Positions 15,287-24,852 of a stretch of 27,791 nucleotides of DNA are shown piece by piece; within the stretch, counting starts at the first letter, position 1, and each line of letters begins with the position of its first letter. This DNA is from Planctomycetaceae bacterium (GTDB lineage: Bacteria > Planctomycetota > Planctomycetia > Planctomycetales > Planctomycetaceae), in contig JACCRE010000081.1 of the NCBI GenBank assembly GCA_013813775.1, positions 1-27,791 of the forward strand, read 5' to 3'. A program made the translations under genes and the position numbers. The notes under the pieces are model-generated. The model saw nothing but the letters and a program-made list of their open reading frames with translations. It searched no databases and was not told the DNA's origin.

Positions 15287-18200
15287 GTGTTCCGAACCGC
15301 CATGTCCGACGCCGCTCCCGCCGAAACGCTCGACCGCGGCACGTATGAACTGCTTCGCGAGCGATTGCGGGGGCACGGCCGCGAGCTTGCCGAGCGGGTC
15401 GAGAAACTCAATGCCGCACGGAAGGCGACCTTCGGCGGTGTCGAACCTGAACTCGCCGCGACGGAACGCATTTCGACCGAGCACAACTGCGTGCCGCGCG
15501 ACATCGCGGCGGTCGGCGGAACGCTGCTGTTCGGATTCAACGTTCATTTCGGGCTGAAGGCCGAGCGATCTCCCGCCGACGTCTTCGCCGCATACAGCTT
15601 CTCCGAAAGTCGCTTCCATCCGCGGGCGCTCGACTTGCTCGACGACGCGGCGTTTCAGAAGGACTTCAAGGACGTCTATCGGTTCTACAAAGACGCCTCT
15701 TTCGAAAAGTTCGTCAGCCGCGGTCCGCTGCTCTACATGCAGCTTCGCACCGGCCCGGGCGAAGGCGATATTAAGACCTTCAAGTGGGCGGCCGTCGGCG
15801 ACTTGTTGAAGTACGTCGACAACCGCAGCGATCACGAACTGCGGCTTCCGCCCCAGCATGAATTCGATTGGCGGCGACCTCGCCGGGAAGACCACGTCTA
15901 CGGGAAGCACCCGCACGTCAATGTCGCCGACAAAACCTTCGTCGAAACGATCGGCGGCGATCTGACGATCAAGATCGAGAACAACACCGACACCGGCCAG
16001 GGCATCTATGCCGAGCCGGTCGAGAACGCCGATCAGACGCTCGACGACGCGGAGATCCGCTACGCCACTTTCAGTTCGCTCGTTCTTCTGAAGATCAAAC
16101 CCTATCAGGAGGCAGGTGATCGCCACATCGTCTACTGCGAGAAAACCCGCCGGGCCATTCGGCTCGACGGCATCTCCAACTGTTGCCGTTTGCTGCCCGC
16201 CGACCAGGGCATCATCTATCCCGCTGGTTATCTGCTGCACACCGGCGATGGCAAATCCTTCGACGGCGTACCGGAGCACGCCAACTTTGAGCAGCGGATC
16301 GACGCGCCGAACGGCGAAGATTTCCTATATATCTTCTACGACCGCACCGCGGGGCTGTACGTTCTCATCCGCTACAATGTGATCGCGCAAGCGGCCGATC
16401 CGCCGCTGCTGTGCCACGGGTACACGTTGTTTTCCGGGGGCGAGCTCGTTTGCTTCCGCGCGCAGCCAGAATCGCAGCGGCATCATGCGATTCAAATCTG
16501 GCGAACGCCTTTCACCGCCGAAGCATTGCTGCCGGAGGCCGACTCGAGCTCCGACCTGTTCAAGATCGGCAATCGCGAAATCGTTCACGGCCTGTCGGAA
16601 TGCCACGAAATCCTCACGCTGCTCGATAAGGAAGACACGTTCGGCGATCTGTACGCCGAGGTCGCTCAACGGGCCGGCGATCTGCTCGATAGCTACTACT
16701 GGATTCGCAGCCCGGCGACGTTCCGGCTCGACGAATCGCTTGAGCAAGTTCGGTCGGCGGCGTCGGCGGCGATCGACGAGTACGTCAAAGTCGCGCGGGC
16801 TCGCGAAAACGCGAAACAGCAGACGGAAGCCCTGCAGGGCCGCGTCGGCGAGGCGGTCGCGACGGCAAATCGACGGGCCTATGAATCTGTCGCCGACTTC
16901 ACGGCCTCGCTCGCGGAGCTTCGCACGCTGCGCGGCGAAGCGATCGGCCTGCGTGAGGTGCGCTACGTCGATCCGACGGTGATCGACGCTCTCGAACAAA
17001 CGCTGGCCGCGGAGTCGGAGCGGATCGCCGGTCGTTGCATCGCCTTTCTCGACCGGCCGGACGCGCTTGCTCCCTTTGCGACGACGCTTCAAGAGGAACG
17101 GGGCAAGCTCGACGGCATCAAGACGGCTCGTGATGCCAAGGAGTCGGACGAGCGGGTCGCCAAGGTCGCCGCCGATCTCGAATTGCTGATCGAAACGGTC
17201 TCGAACCTGCCGATCGAAGACGCGACGCAACGCACCCGAGTCGTCGACGCGGTGTCGGCCGTGTTCGCCACCGTCAACACGTTGCGAGCCGAGATCCGCA
17301 ATCGTCGGAAAGCTCTCGCCACGACCGAAGGCGCAGCCGAGTTCGGATCGCAGCTCAAACTGATGTCGCAAGCCGTCGTCAACGCACTCGATCGGTGTGA
17401 GACGCCGGAAAAGTGCGACGAACAATTCTCCCGCCTCTTGTTGCAAGTCGAGGAGTTGGAAGGCCGCTTCGCGGAGTTCGACGAGTTCGCGGTCACGCTC
17501 GCCGAGAAGCGGGAAGAAATCGCCTCGGCCTTTGAAACGCGGAAGACGTCGCTGCTGGAGGCCCGCGCCAAGCGATCGGGCTCGCTGGCGGCTGCGGCGG
17601 AGCGGCTGCTCGGCGGCATCGGCTCGCGGGCGAAGACGCTGGATTCGGCCGACGCGATTCAGGGCTATTTCGCCGGCGATCTGACCGTCGCCAAGGTGCG
17701 CGACCTCGCCGGTCAACTATCCGGTCTCGGCGACGCCGTCCGTGCCGACGGATTGCTCACGCGGCTGAAATCGCTTCGCGACGATGCGATCCGCCAGCTC
17801 AAGGATCGACAGGACCTCTTCGCCGAAGGTCCGGGAGTCATCAATCTCGGCGGCTATCGGTTCGGCGTGAACACGCAGCCGATCGATCTCACGACGGTCG
17901 TTCGCAACGGCCAACCGCAACTCCACCTGACCGGCACGCGGTTCTACGAGCCGGTCGATGACGCCGAGTTGCTGGCCGCTCGCGAGTGCTGGGATCAGGA
18001 ATACGTTTCGGAAACTGCCGAAGTCTATCGCGGAGAGTTTCTGACACACTCCTTGTTCGTCGAAGCCGCCGAGGCTGGCATGCTCAAGAAGGTGGCAAAG
18101 TTCGCCGATGCCGAACTGGCGATCTGGGTCGCCGAACGCATGGCTCCGCGCTACTCCGAAGGCTACATGAAAGGAGTCCACGACCGCGACGCGGCGGCCA

Positions 18201-20665
18201 TTCTGAAGGCCCTTATTAAGGTTCACGAAGCATTGGGGCCGCTGCGCGCTGCTCCGCAGGCGCGGGCTCTCGCACGCTTGTTCTGGCGGCATGGGTGCCC
18301 GGAGCGAACGAAGACACGTCTGGATCAGCGTCTGAGCGCGCTTCGCGAGCTTTCCGCCGTCTGGCCCGACCGAATCGACGCGTCGCCGTTGCGAGACGAT
18401 CTGGCCGCGGCGCTCGGCGCCTTCGCGGGCGCGACGACAGCTCTCTCCGAACACGATGCGGTCCACGCAGCGGCTTTCCTCGTCGATCGACTGCTCGTGG
18501 GCGACGAATTGCCCGTCAGCCAGCGCTCCGCGGAGATCGCGAAGGCGTTCCGCGGCGACCTCGTCGTTCGCAACGCCGAAATGCGCTTCCGCCGGGCGAC
18601 CGAGACCGCCGGCGATGACGTCGCCGTTCGCTTCGAACTTGCGCGAAGCTGGCTCGCCGCCTTCGTCGATGTGAAGGACGTCGAGGCGGCGTCACTGATC
18701 GATGAAGCGGCCGTTCTGCTGCTCTCGAACGACGAGCCGGGCGAAACGATCTCCGCGAAGGCATGCCGCGAGCTGAAGGGGCTGCTCGGCGATCATCCGG
18801 TGATCGACAAGGGGCGTTATCGGCTCGACTACTACCGCTTTTTCGAACGGCTGCGGCATCACATCGAGTCGGTGGTGCCGCGCTTCCGGCAGTACGTCGA
18901 TCGCAAGCACGCCGTCATCACCAAAGCGCGTGATGAACTGCGTCTCGAAGAACTCAAGCCGCGCGTGATGGCGTCGTTCGTGCGAAACCGCCTCATCGAT
19001 ACGGCATATCTGCCGCTCATCGGAGCGAATCTCGCCAAGCAGATCGGCGTCGCCGGCGAAGAGACGCGCGCCGATCGCCAGGGAATGCTGCTGCTGATCT
19101 CGCCGCCGGGCTACGGCAAAACGACCCTCATGGAGTACGTCGCCGACCGTCTCGGGCTCGTGTTCCTCAAGATCAACGGACCGGCGATCGGGCACGCGGT
19201 CACGTCGCTCGACCCGTCGGCCGCCCCCGACCTCGCCGCCCGCGAGGAATTGAAGAAGCTCGGCCTCGCGTTCGAGATGGGCGACAACGTGATGATCTAC
19301 GTCGATGACATCCAGCACTGTCATCCCGAGTTCCTGCAGAAGTTTATTTCGCTATGCGATGCCCAGCGCAAGGTCGAGGGCGTGTGGCGCGGCGAGGCCA
19401 AGACCTATGACCTGCGCGGACGGAAGGTGTCCGTCGTGATGGCGGGGAACCCCTACACGGAGAGCGGCGATAAGTTCCAGATCCCGGACATGCTCGCGAA
19501 CCGGGCCGACGTCTATAACCTCGGCGACGTGAGCGGCCGGCACCGCGAAGCCTTCGAGCTGAGCTTCATCGAAAACTCGCTGACGTCGAACGGCACTCTG
19601 TCGCGTCTCGCGGCACATCCGCACGATGTGATCGGCGTCGCCGGTCTGGCGGCGGATAAAGATCCATCGTCGGTCGATCTCGAGGGCAACTATGCGGCCG
19701 ACGAGCTTTCCGCGATGGTCGCAGTGATGCGGAAGCTGCTGCGGGTGCGCGACGTGATCCTGTCGGTGAACGCCGAGTACATTCGCTCCGCCGCGCAGGC
19801 CGATGAGTTTCGCACCGAGCCGCCGTTCAAGCTTCAAGGCTCGTATCGCAACATGAACCGCATCGCCGAGCGCGTGCTGCCGGTGATGAACGACGCGGAA
19901 CTCGACGAACTGATCCGCACGAGCTACCGCAACGACGCACAAACGCTGACCACCGGAGCCGAAGCGAATCTGTTGAAGTTTCGCGAGCTCGTCGGCTGGC
20001 TGTCGGACGAGGACCGACAACGGTGGGAAGTAATTAAGCAAACGTATCGCCGGAACCAGAAGCTGCGCGGCCTCGACGAGGGGGACCGCTTCGGTCAGGC
20101 GATCGCACAGCTCGCGTTGTTCGCCGACGGCCTGTCGGATCTTCGCGGCACTCTGTCCGATGGCATCGAACGCTTGGCGAACCGAACGGAGACGGTCCCG
20201 ACAATCGATCCCGCGCAGACGGCGATCGCCGACCGACTCGAAGAGCTGCGGGGCGCTTTCGGAGCGATGGTCAAGGCCGTCGAGATAAATCGTTTGCAGC
20301 CGGCTCTGGCAGCCTCAAAACCAAATGAGCCCTCGAAGCTGACGATCGATCCCGAGATCGTCCATCAGTTCGCGGAACTCTTGCGGGCAAATGCACCGTC
20401 ACACGTGCGGATCGTGGACGGAGACGGACAGACCTCCGCCGGTCCTCCGGCGGCAATCACGGTCGTCAACAAGATCCCGCCGGCGCTGCTGAACCTGTTG
20501 CGTGATCAGTTCCGCCTCATGGAGGCGTGGCTGCGTCCCGTGCTGTCGGCGTCGGAGCGCCAGTCCGACGAAATGAGCGATCTCGCGGCGCAGATCAAAA
20601 CCTGCCTCGCCGACTACGAACGGCTCGTGGGGAGGATTGAGGCGACGCGCGGGGAGGGTCGCTAG
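15287..20665 (+). CDS. Giant (about 1790 aa) protein with C-proximal AAA+ ATPase domain (AAA_5/MoxR/McrB-like); remainder without recognisable motifs
   Basis: It is a single uninterrupted ORF. The start is GTG at 15287 or ATG at 15302 (MSDAAPAETL). Residues about 1265-1420 read GMLLLISPPGYGKTT (Walker A) ... NVMIYVDDIQH (Walker B-like) ... VVMAGNPYTESGDKFQIPDMLANRADVYNL (sensor-1 Asn and Arg as in AAA_5). The N-terminal ~1250 aa and C-terminal ~370 aa are non-repetitive, mixed alpha/beta, with no signal peptide or TM. Confidence 0.7.
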   Translation: MFRTAMSDAAPAETLDRGTYELLRERLRGHGRELAERVEKLNAARKATFGGVEPELAATERISTEHNCVPRDIAAVGGTLLFGFNVHFGLKAERSPADVFAAYSFSESRFHPRALDLLDDAAFQKDFKDVYRFYKDASFEKFVSRGPLLYMQLRTGPGEGDIKTFKWAAVGDLLKYVDNRSDHELRLPPQHEFDWRRPRREDHVYGKHPHVNVADKTFVETIGGDLTIKIENNTDTGQGIYAEPVENADQTLDDAEIRYATFSSLVLLKIKPYQEAGDRHIVYCEKTRRAIRLDGISNCCRLLPADQGIIYPAGYLLHTGDGKSFDGVPEHANFEQRIDAPNGEDFLYIFYDRTAGLYVLIRYNVIAQAADPPLLCHGYTLFSGGELVCFRAQPESQRHHAIQIWRTPFTAEALLPEADSSSDLFKIGNREIVHGLSECHEILTLLDKEDTFGDLYAEVAQRAGDLLDSYYWIRSPATFRLDESLEQVRSAASAAIDEYVKVARARENAKQQTEALQGRVGEAVATANRRAYESVADFTASLAELRTLRGEAIGLREVRYVDPTVIDALEQTLAAESERIAGRCIAFLDRPDALAPFATTLQEERGKLDGIKTARDAKESDERVAKVAADLELLIETVSNLPIEDATQRTRVVDAVSAVFATVNTLRAEIRNRRKALATTEGAAEFGSQLKLMSQAVVNALDRCETPEKCDEQFSRLLLQVEELEGRFAEFDEFAVTLAEKREEIASAFETRKTSLLEARAKRSGSLAAAAERLLGGIGSRAKTLDSADAIQGYFAGDLTVAKVRDLAGQLSGLGDAVRADGLLTRLKSLRDDAIRQLKDRQDLFAEGPGVINLGGYRFGVNTQPIDLTTVVRNGQPQLHLTGTRFYEPVDDAELLAARECWDQEYVSETAEVYRGEFLTHSLFVEAAEAGMLKKVAKFADAELAIWVAERMAPRYSEGYMKGVHDRDAAAILKALIKVHEALGPLRAAPQARALARLFWRHGCPERTKTRLDQRLSALRELSAVWPDRIDASPLRDDLAAALGAFAGATTALSEHDAVHAAAFLVDRLLVGDELPVSQRSAEIAKAFRGDLVVRNAEMRFRRATETAGDDVAVRFELARSWLAAFVDVKDVEAASLIDEAAVLLLSNDEPGETISAKACRELKGLLGDHPVIDKGRYRLDYYRFFERLRHHIESVVPRFRQYVDRKHAVITKARDELRLEELKPRVMASFVRNRLIDTAYLPLIGANLAKQIGVAGEETRADRQGMLLLISPPGYGKTTLMEYVADRLGLVFLKINGPAIGHAVTSLDPSAAPDLAAREELKKLGLAFEMGDNVMIYVDDIQHCHPEFLQKFISLCDAQRKVEGVWRGEAKTYDLRGRKVSVVMAGNPYTESGDKFQIPDMLANRADVYNLGDVSGRHREAFELSFIENSLTSNGTLSRLAAHPHDVIGVAGLAADKDPSSVDLEGNYAADELSAMVAVMRKLLRVRDVILSVNAEYIRSAAQADEFRTEPPFKLQGSYRNMNRIAERVLPVMNDAELDELIRTSYRNDAQTLTTGAEANLLKFRELVGWLSDEDRQRWEVIKQTYRRNQKLRGLDEGDRFGQAIAQLALFADGLSDLRGTLSDGIERLANRTETVPTIDPAQTAIADRLEELRGAFGAMVKAVEINRLQPALAASKPNEPSKLTIDPEIVHQFAELLRANAPSHVRIVDGDGQTSAGPPAAITVVNKIPPALLNLLRDQFRLMEAWLRPVLSASERQSDEMSDLAAQIKTCLADYERLVGRIEATRGEGR

Positions 20666-20693
20666 TGGACGTCGCAGTTCGACTGCCGGGTCG

Positions 20694-20760
20694 GTGCCAC
20701 TGGCTTTGCCAGTGCAAGCGTTGAGACGGCGGCACTGGCAGAGCCAATGGCACACCTCAG
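20694..20760. other. Nested palindromic structure in convergent intergenic region (CACTGGC-TTT-GCCAGTG hairpin plus GTGCCACTGGC...GCCAATGGCAC)
   Basis: Read directly. It lies between the stop of the giant gene (20665) and the stop of the convergent AsmA-like gene (20819). Probably a bidirectional terminator. Confidence 0.35.
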
Positions 20761-20818
20761 TTCAAGAGCGACGAAACACTAGCGGCATGGCGCCTGAAGG
20801 ATGGCGAAGCTGCAAGCG

Positions 20819-23800
20819 TTATTGCGGAGCCGGTGCGAACGAAGACGCCGGTTTGCGATCGAGGAGCTTCCTCAGTGGATCGCCCACCTGCTTCTCGATC
20901 TCGCGATTCAGAATGCCATTGACCGCTCCCGTCGCCGCGCGACGCGCCAGGTCTTGCAGGGCTCGCGGATCGGGGGCCGGGCGTGAGAGCGTTCCGCGGA
21001 TCGGCACCCGTAGCGACTGACCCCCTAGCGCCGTTGCGACGCGTTCATCCTTGAACCATTGCGCGTCGAGCGGAATCTCAGCGATGAGATCGATCGATTC
21101 ATCGAAGCCGACGCTGCCGGATGTCGAGACGATCGGTCCGTCGGCGTCGCCGAGTCGGACGGCGAAGCGGTCGTGGTGCACGCGGCCGCCTGCGATGCGA
21201 AGACGAACCGCTTGCTGTGGAGCGACGAGCCGCAGGTCGGAGCCGCTCGTCGCATCGCGACCGGCGATCCGTCGGACTTGCCCGATCACGTCGATGAGCG
21301 ATCGGGCGAATGGACCTGGAGTCGCATCGAGTCCCGCGATGAGCAGCGTCGCTTCGGCGTGCGTTTCCGTCGGTGCCGCAAGCGGCGCGGTGCAGGAATC
21401 GACTTCGAGTGACGCGGTGCCTTGCACGGTGGCGGCATCGGCGAGCGTCGGCGTCGCGTATCGCAGCCACCGGCTGCACATCTCGGCCGTGACCGTGATC
21501 GAGTCGGCGATTCTGCCCGGCGCAAGCCGTAACGGAAATCGGCCGTTCAGTTCTGCAGAGGCTGAACCCCGCATTCGGCCTTTTCCGACCGGCCAGTCAA
21601 ACCGCTCGAACTCGAGCGAACCTCGCTCCAGTCGGGCTGAAAGCTCCCCGCTCCCGACGGCCAAGCCATAAACGTCGAGCGAATCCCAGCCGAAACCTGC
21701 CCGAGCCGTTAGACCCGGATCGACGATTCCGGCACCAAACAACGGGCCGCGGAGAGCAAACGGTTTCGCTCCCCGCCCTTTCGCGATCACGTCCGCCGGC
21801 CACGCGTGAATTCGCGGTGCGAGCAGGGGCAGATCATAGCTCAGACCCGCCGTCAGATCGGCGCTCCCACTCGAACTGACGTGATCCAGGCGTCCTTTGG
21901 CATCCACCCCGATCCCACTTGCGACGATCCGCATGGCCGTGACATCCAATGCGTCGCCCAGGCGGTGATAACGGGCCGTCAGTGACACTTCGGCGCGGTC
22001 ATCCGACCAGAGCGGGCGCCACTCGACTCGACCGCCCGCCAATTCCAGAGGCTTCGTCAGCACGGGACGCTCGAACTCGAACTTCGCATCGACGAGCGTG
22101 GCCGTCGCGTCCGACTTCAGATCCGCCGTGCCCTGCACGACACCAGAAACCCAGACGGGAGGCCGCGAGGGGAGTACGTATCGGGCGAGCCGGCCGATCC
22201 CGCCACGAATCTCGAAGTGCCCCGATACCGCCTTGTCGGTCGTCAGCGGCCAGTGGATCCCGGTCCCATCGATCATCGCCGACTCGCTCGTGAACTTCGC
22301 GGTCGGAACGGTCAGCAGTCCCGACGAGAGATTCCAGGAGGCGTTGCCCGTCAGCCGAGCGACAGGCTCGTCGAACATCCGGTTCGCGAAGCCCAGGCGA
22401 AAGTTCTTCGACTCCGCATCGAGGCTGCTCACTCTTAATGACGATCCTGCGAAAGCGATCTCAGCCTTGGCGTCGATCTGGCCGGCGATCGTCCACGAGG
22501 TCGCCTCGGGAAGAAGTCTCCACGCGCGGGCACGATTGAACCAACGCGTCGAGTCCCCCTTGGCCGTCACGGAGAGCTTCCAGTTCGCCCCCGTGGCGAG
22601 CCGGACCGGTTCCATCAGAACGGCACGGACTTCATCTTTTTCGACGCTTTGCAGGGAGATCGTTCCCGAACGGATCTCCGTCACGCCGCTTTGAGTTCCC
22701 TCGCATTCGGCGGAGGCATGGAAGCTCAGTTCCCGTTCCGTCCAACGGCGTCCCGCTAGGCTCAGCATCAGATCGCGGACGGCCCCGGTGGCATCGACAT
22801 CGAAAACCTTGTCCGCAGCGCCACGTTTGATCGTAATTCGACCCTCGGCACGACCTGCGAGGGCATCAGCGGGCAACTCGACGAACCGCGAAAGATTCTC
22901 TCGCAGCCGATCGAGATCCGTGTCAAACGTCAGTTCGGCCGCTGTCGCCGACCCTGCGCCTCGTAGCGTCAGAAACTCTGATTCGGCATGAGCGCTTTCG
23001 ACGGTCAGGCCCGACTCCGTTTGCACCGCCACGAGGTCGAATGCGAACGGCTGACGCCAGACGATCGGATTCTCGGCCGAACCGGCGACGATGTCCGAGG
23101 CTCGCAGCCGAATGGTCCCTCGACGGCGGCCTTCCTCGCCGGACGATTTTACGTCGATCGCCAGCGTGCCCGACTGCACCGGCTGCCGGAGCCGCAGGGA
23201 CTCGGGAAGCGCAGCGGCAATGCTTTTCAGGTCCGCCGAGCAGTTCAACGAGAACTCGTTTGCGAGCAGCGCCTCTACCTGCGGAAGCAGACCATTTTCC
23301 GATAACAGCGTTCCCAGATCGAAGCTGCCGTTCACGGTCGCTGTGCCGACATCACTGGAAAGCTCGAGGTCATCAAGCGTGAGAAGAGAGCCATCGGCGG
23401 ATGCGCGTCCCGCAAGCGACGCCTCTTCGAGCAACAAGGGATGCGCGTCGCTGACGCCGACTCGCTCGAATCGCATTCGTCGTCCCGCGACTCGACCGTC
23501 GACATTCCAGGAGGAGCCGTCGGCCGGCGCAGTGACTAGAACGTCTGCCGTTGCGGTTCCAGTGACGCGTGCCGCGACCTCGAAACGATCGAGCCACGAC
23601 TGGAGCGCCCCGAGCGGCAGATCTTTGGCGACGACGGAGACGTGTGGTTCCGCGTCGCGCCCGTCTCGCCTCACCGATCGCACGGTGAAGGTTCCGGGGT
23701 GCTCGCCGTCGGTCAGCGTCCCGCCAAGCTCGATGTGATCGGGAAGCGAATCGCCGGCGTTGCGGCTGATCGTCGCCGAGACGTCCTTCAGCGAACCGGC

Positions 23801-24340
23801 GGCGCGTTCACCATCGAGCCGCGTCCAAGCAACCGCTGCGTCGACAACTCTAACCTCGAAACCTGATCCGCCTCCTTCGCCATCCAAGAGCGGCGCCAGC
23901 ATCTCTTCGACGTTGCTCCCGCCCGTTTTGAGTCGGACCGACAACTCGGGACGAGTCAGCGTGAGAACACCGAAGCCCTTCGACCGTCCCGCCAGGAGTG
24001 CCAGCAAGTGTTGCGACGTGCGAAACTCCTCGACGCGCAGGAGGTCGTGGCCATCGACGTCGCTCAGTTCGACATTTCTGAGCACCACGGGCGAAAGCCA
24101 GCCCAGGGATGCATGCCCGATCTCGGCCTCGCCGGCATACGCGGGAAGAACGGCATGCACGAATCCATGCCGCAAACCCGACCGCGCCACGATGGCCGGA
24201 GCGAACCACACGACCACGAGCACGGCGAGCAACGCCACGGCAATCACGCGGCCGCTTCGGCCGTTCGGCGGCACCTGCCGAGCGGCGGCAGGCTCGGGAG
24301 CCTCCTCCGGCGCATGAAGAGCGAGCGTCGCTTGTGACAC
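20819..24340 (-). CDS. AsmA/TamB-like envelope protein (N-terminal TM anchor, long beta-rich periplasmic domain)
   Basis: The N-terminus VIAVALLAVLVVVWFAPAIV is a TM anchor. It is followed by GWLSPVVLRNVELSDVDGHDLLRVEEF...LTLTRPELSVRL, which resembles the AsmA N-terminal region. The remaining >1000 aa are beta-strand-rich and low in Cys, with an AsmA-like C-terminus (DESIDLIAEIPLD...LRVPIRGTLSRP). Confidence 0.5.
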   Translation of the reverse strand: MSQATLALHAPEEAPEPAAARQVPPNGRSGRVIAVALLAVLVVVWFAPAIVARSGLRHGFVHAVLPAYAGEAEIGHASLGWLSPVVLRNVELSDVDGHDLLRVEEFRTSQHLLALLAGRSKGFGVLTLTRPELSVRLKTGGSNVEEMLAPLLDGEGGGSGFEVRVVDAAVAWTRLDGERAAGSLKDVSATISRNAGDSLPDHIELGGTLTDGEHPGTFTVRSVRRDGRDAEPHVSVVAKDLPLGALQSWLDRFEVAARVTGTATADVLVTAPADGSSWNVDGRVAGRRMRFERVGVSDAHPLLLEEASLAGRASADGSLLTLDDLELSSDVGTATVNGSFDLGTLLSENGLLPQVEALLANEFSLNCSADLKSIAAALPESLRLRQPVQSGTLAIDVKSSGEEGRRRGTIRLRASDIVAGSAENPIVWRQPFAFDLVAVQTESGLTVESAHAESEFLTLRGAGSATAAELTFDTDLDRLRENLSRFVELPADALAGRAEGRITIKRGAADKVFDVDATGAVRDLMLSLAGRRWTERELSFHASAECEGTQSGVTEIRSGTISLQSVEKDEVRAVLMEPVRLATGANWKLSVTAKGDSTRWFNRARAWRLLPEATSWTIAGQIDAKAEIAFAGSSLRVSSLDAESKNFRLGFANRMFDEPVARLTGNASWNLSSGLLTVPTAKFTSESAMIDGTGIHWPLTTDKAVSGHFEIRGGIGRLARYVLPSRPPVWVSGVVQGTADLKSDATATLVDAKFEFERPVLTKPLELAGGRVEWRPLWSDDRAEVSLTARYHRLGDALDVTAMRIVASGIGVDAKGRLDHVSSSGSADLTAGLSYDLPLLAPRIHAWPADVIAKGRGAKPFALRGPLFGAGIVDPGLTARAGFGWDSLDVYGLAVGSGELSARLERGSLEFERFDWPVGKGRMRGSASAELNGRFPLRLAPGRIADSITVTAEMCSRWLRYATPTLADAATVQGTASLEVDSCTAPLAAPTETHAEATLLIAGLDATPGPFARSLIDVIGQVRRIAGRDATSGSDLRLVAPQQAVRLRIAGGRVHHDRFAVRLGDADGPIVSTSGSVGFDESIDLIAEIPLDAQWFKDERVATALGGQSLRVPIRGTLSRPAPDPRALQDLARRAATGAVNGILNREIEKQVGDPLRKLLDRKPASSFAPAPQ

Positions 24341-24852
24341 GGCCGATTCTCCGGCCCCACCCCCGACGGCTGAGTCCAGGTGTCGGCTCGGTTCTCTGAA
24401 ATTCTTGTGAAGTCGTGCGACCGCGGCCCGGCGCGCGGCGTCAGCCTACGGTTCTCAAGACTAGGATTCGGCCGGTTTTCCCGTCGGCGTCCAGTCGCAT
24501 CCCGGACCTTCCACGGAAAGCCGCCTTCCACGAACCGAACTCGCATGTTGCGTCGGTGTTAGGGGACCGGTATCTTTTGTGACATCGCGTGTTCGCTCGA
24601 ATCGTCACAATGCAACGCGACGACGAGGAACACGCGGCCCCGGCGATTCGGCGTCATTTTTTGACGCCCGCCGTGCGACTTGAACGGTTTTGCGAACCCG
24701 AGGGACGCCCGAGTGCTCTGGTCCGAAGACCCGCAGCGGCGTTCGGCCCGCCGGAACGCCGGCGGGACCGGTGTTTTCGTCTCTCGGCCCTCCCCGCCCC
24801 GCGTCGAACCTTCGATGCCGGCGCCTCTCGTACTTTCACGGATCAATCGCCG

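Noticed and set aside
15185-20041. Several long minus-strand ORFs (15185..16279, 16325..17716, 17717..18466, 18692..19324, 19352..20041) tiling the giant gene
   Set aside because: All are antisense to one continuous 5.4-kb plus-strand ORF with a bona fide AAA+ domain. Their Arg/Gly/Asp-rich composition and lack of motifs are typical of high-GC antisense artefacts.
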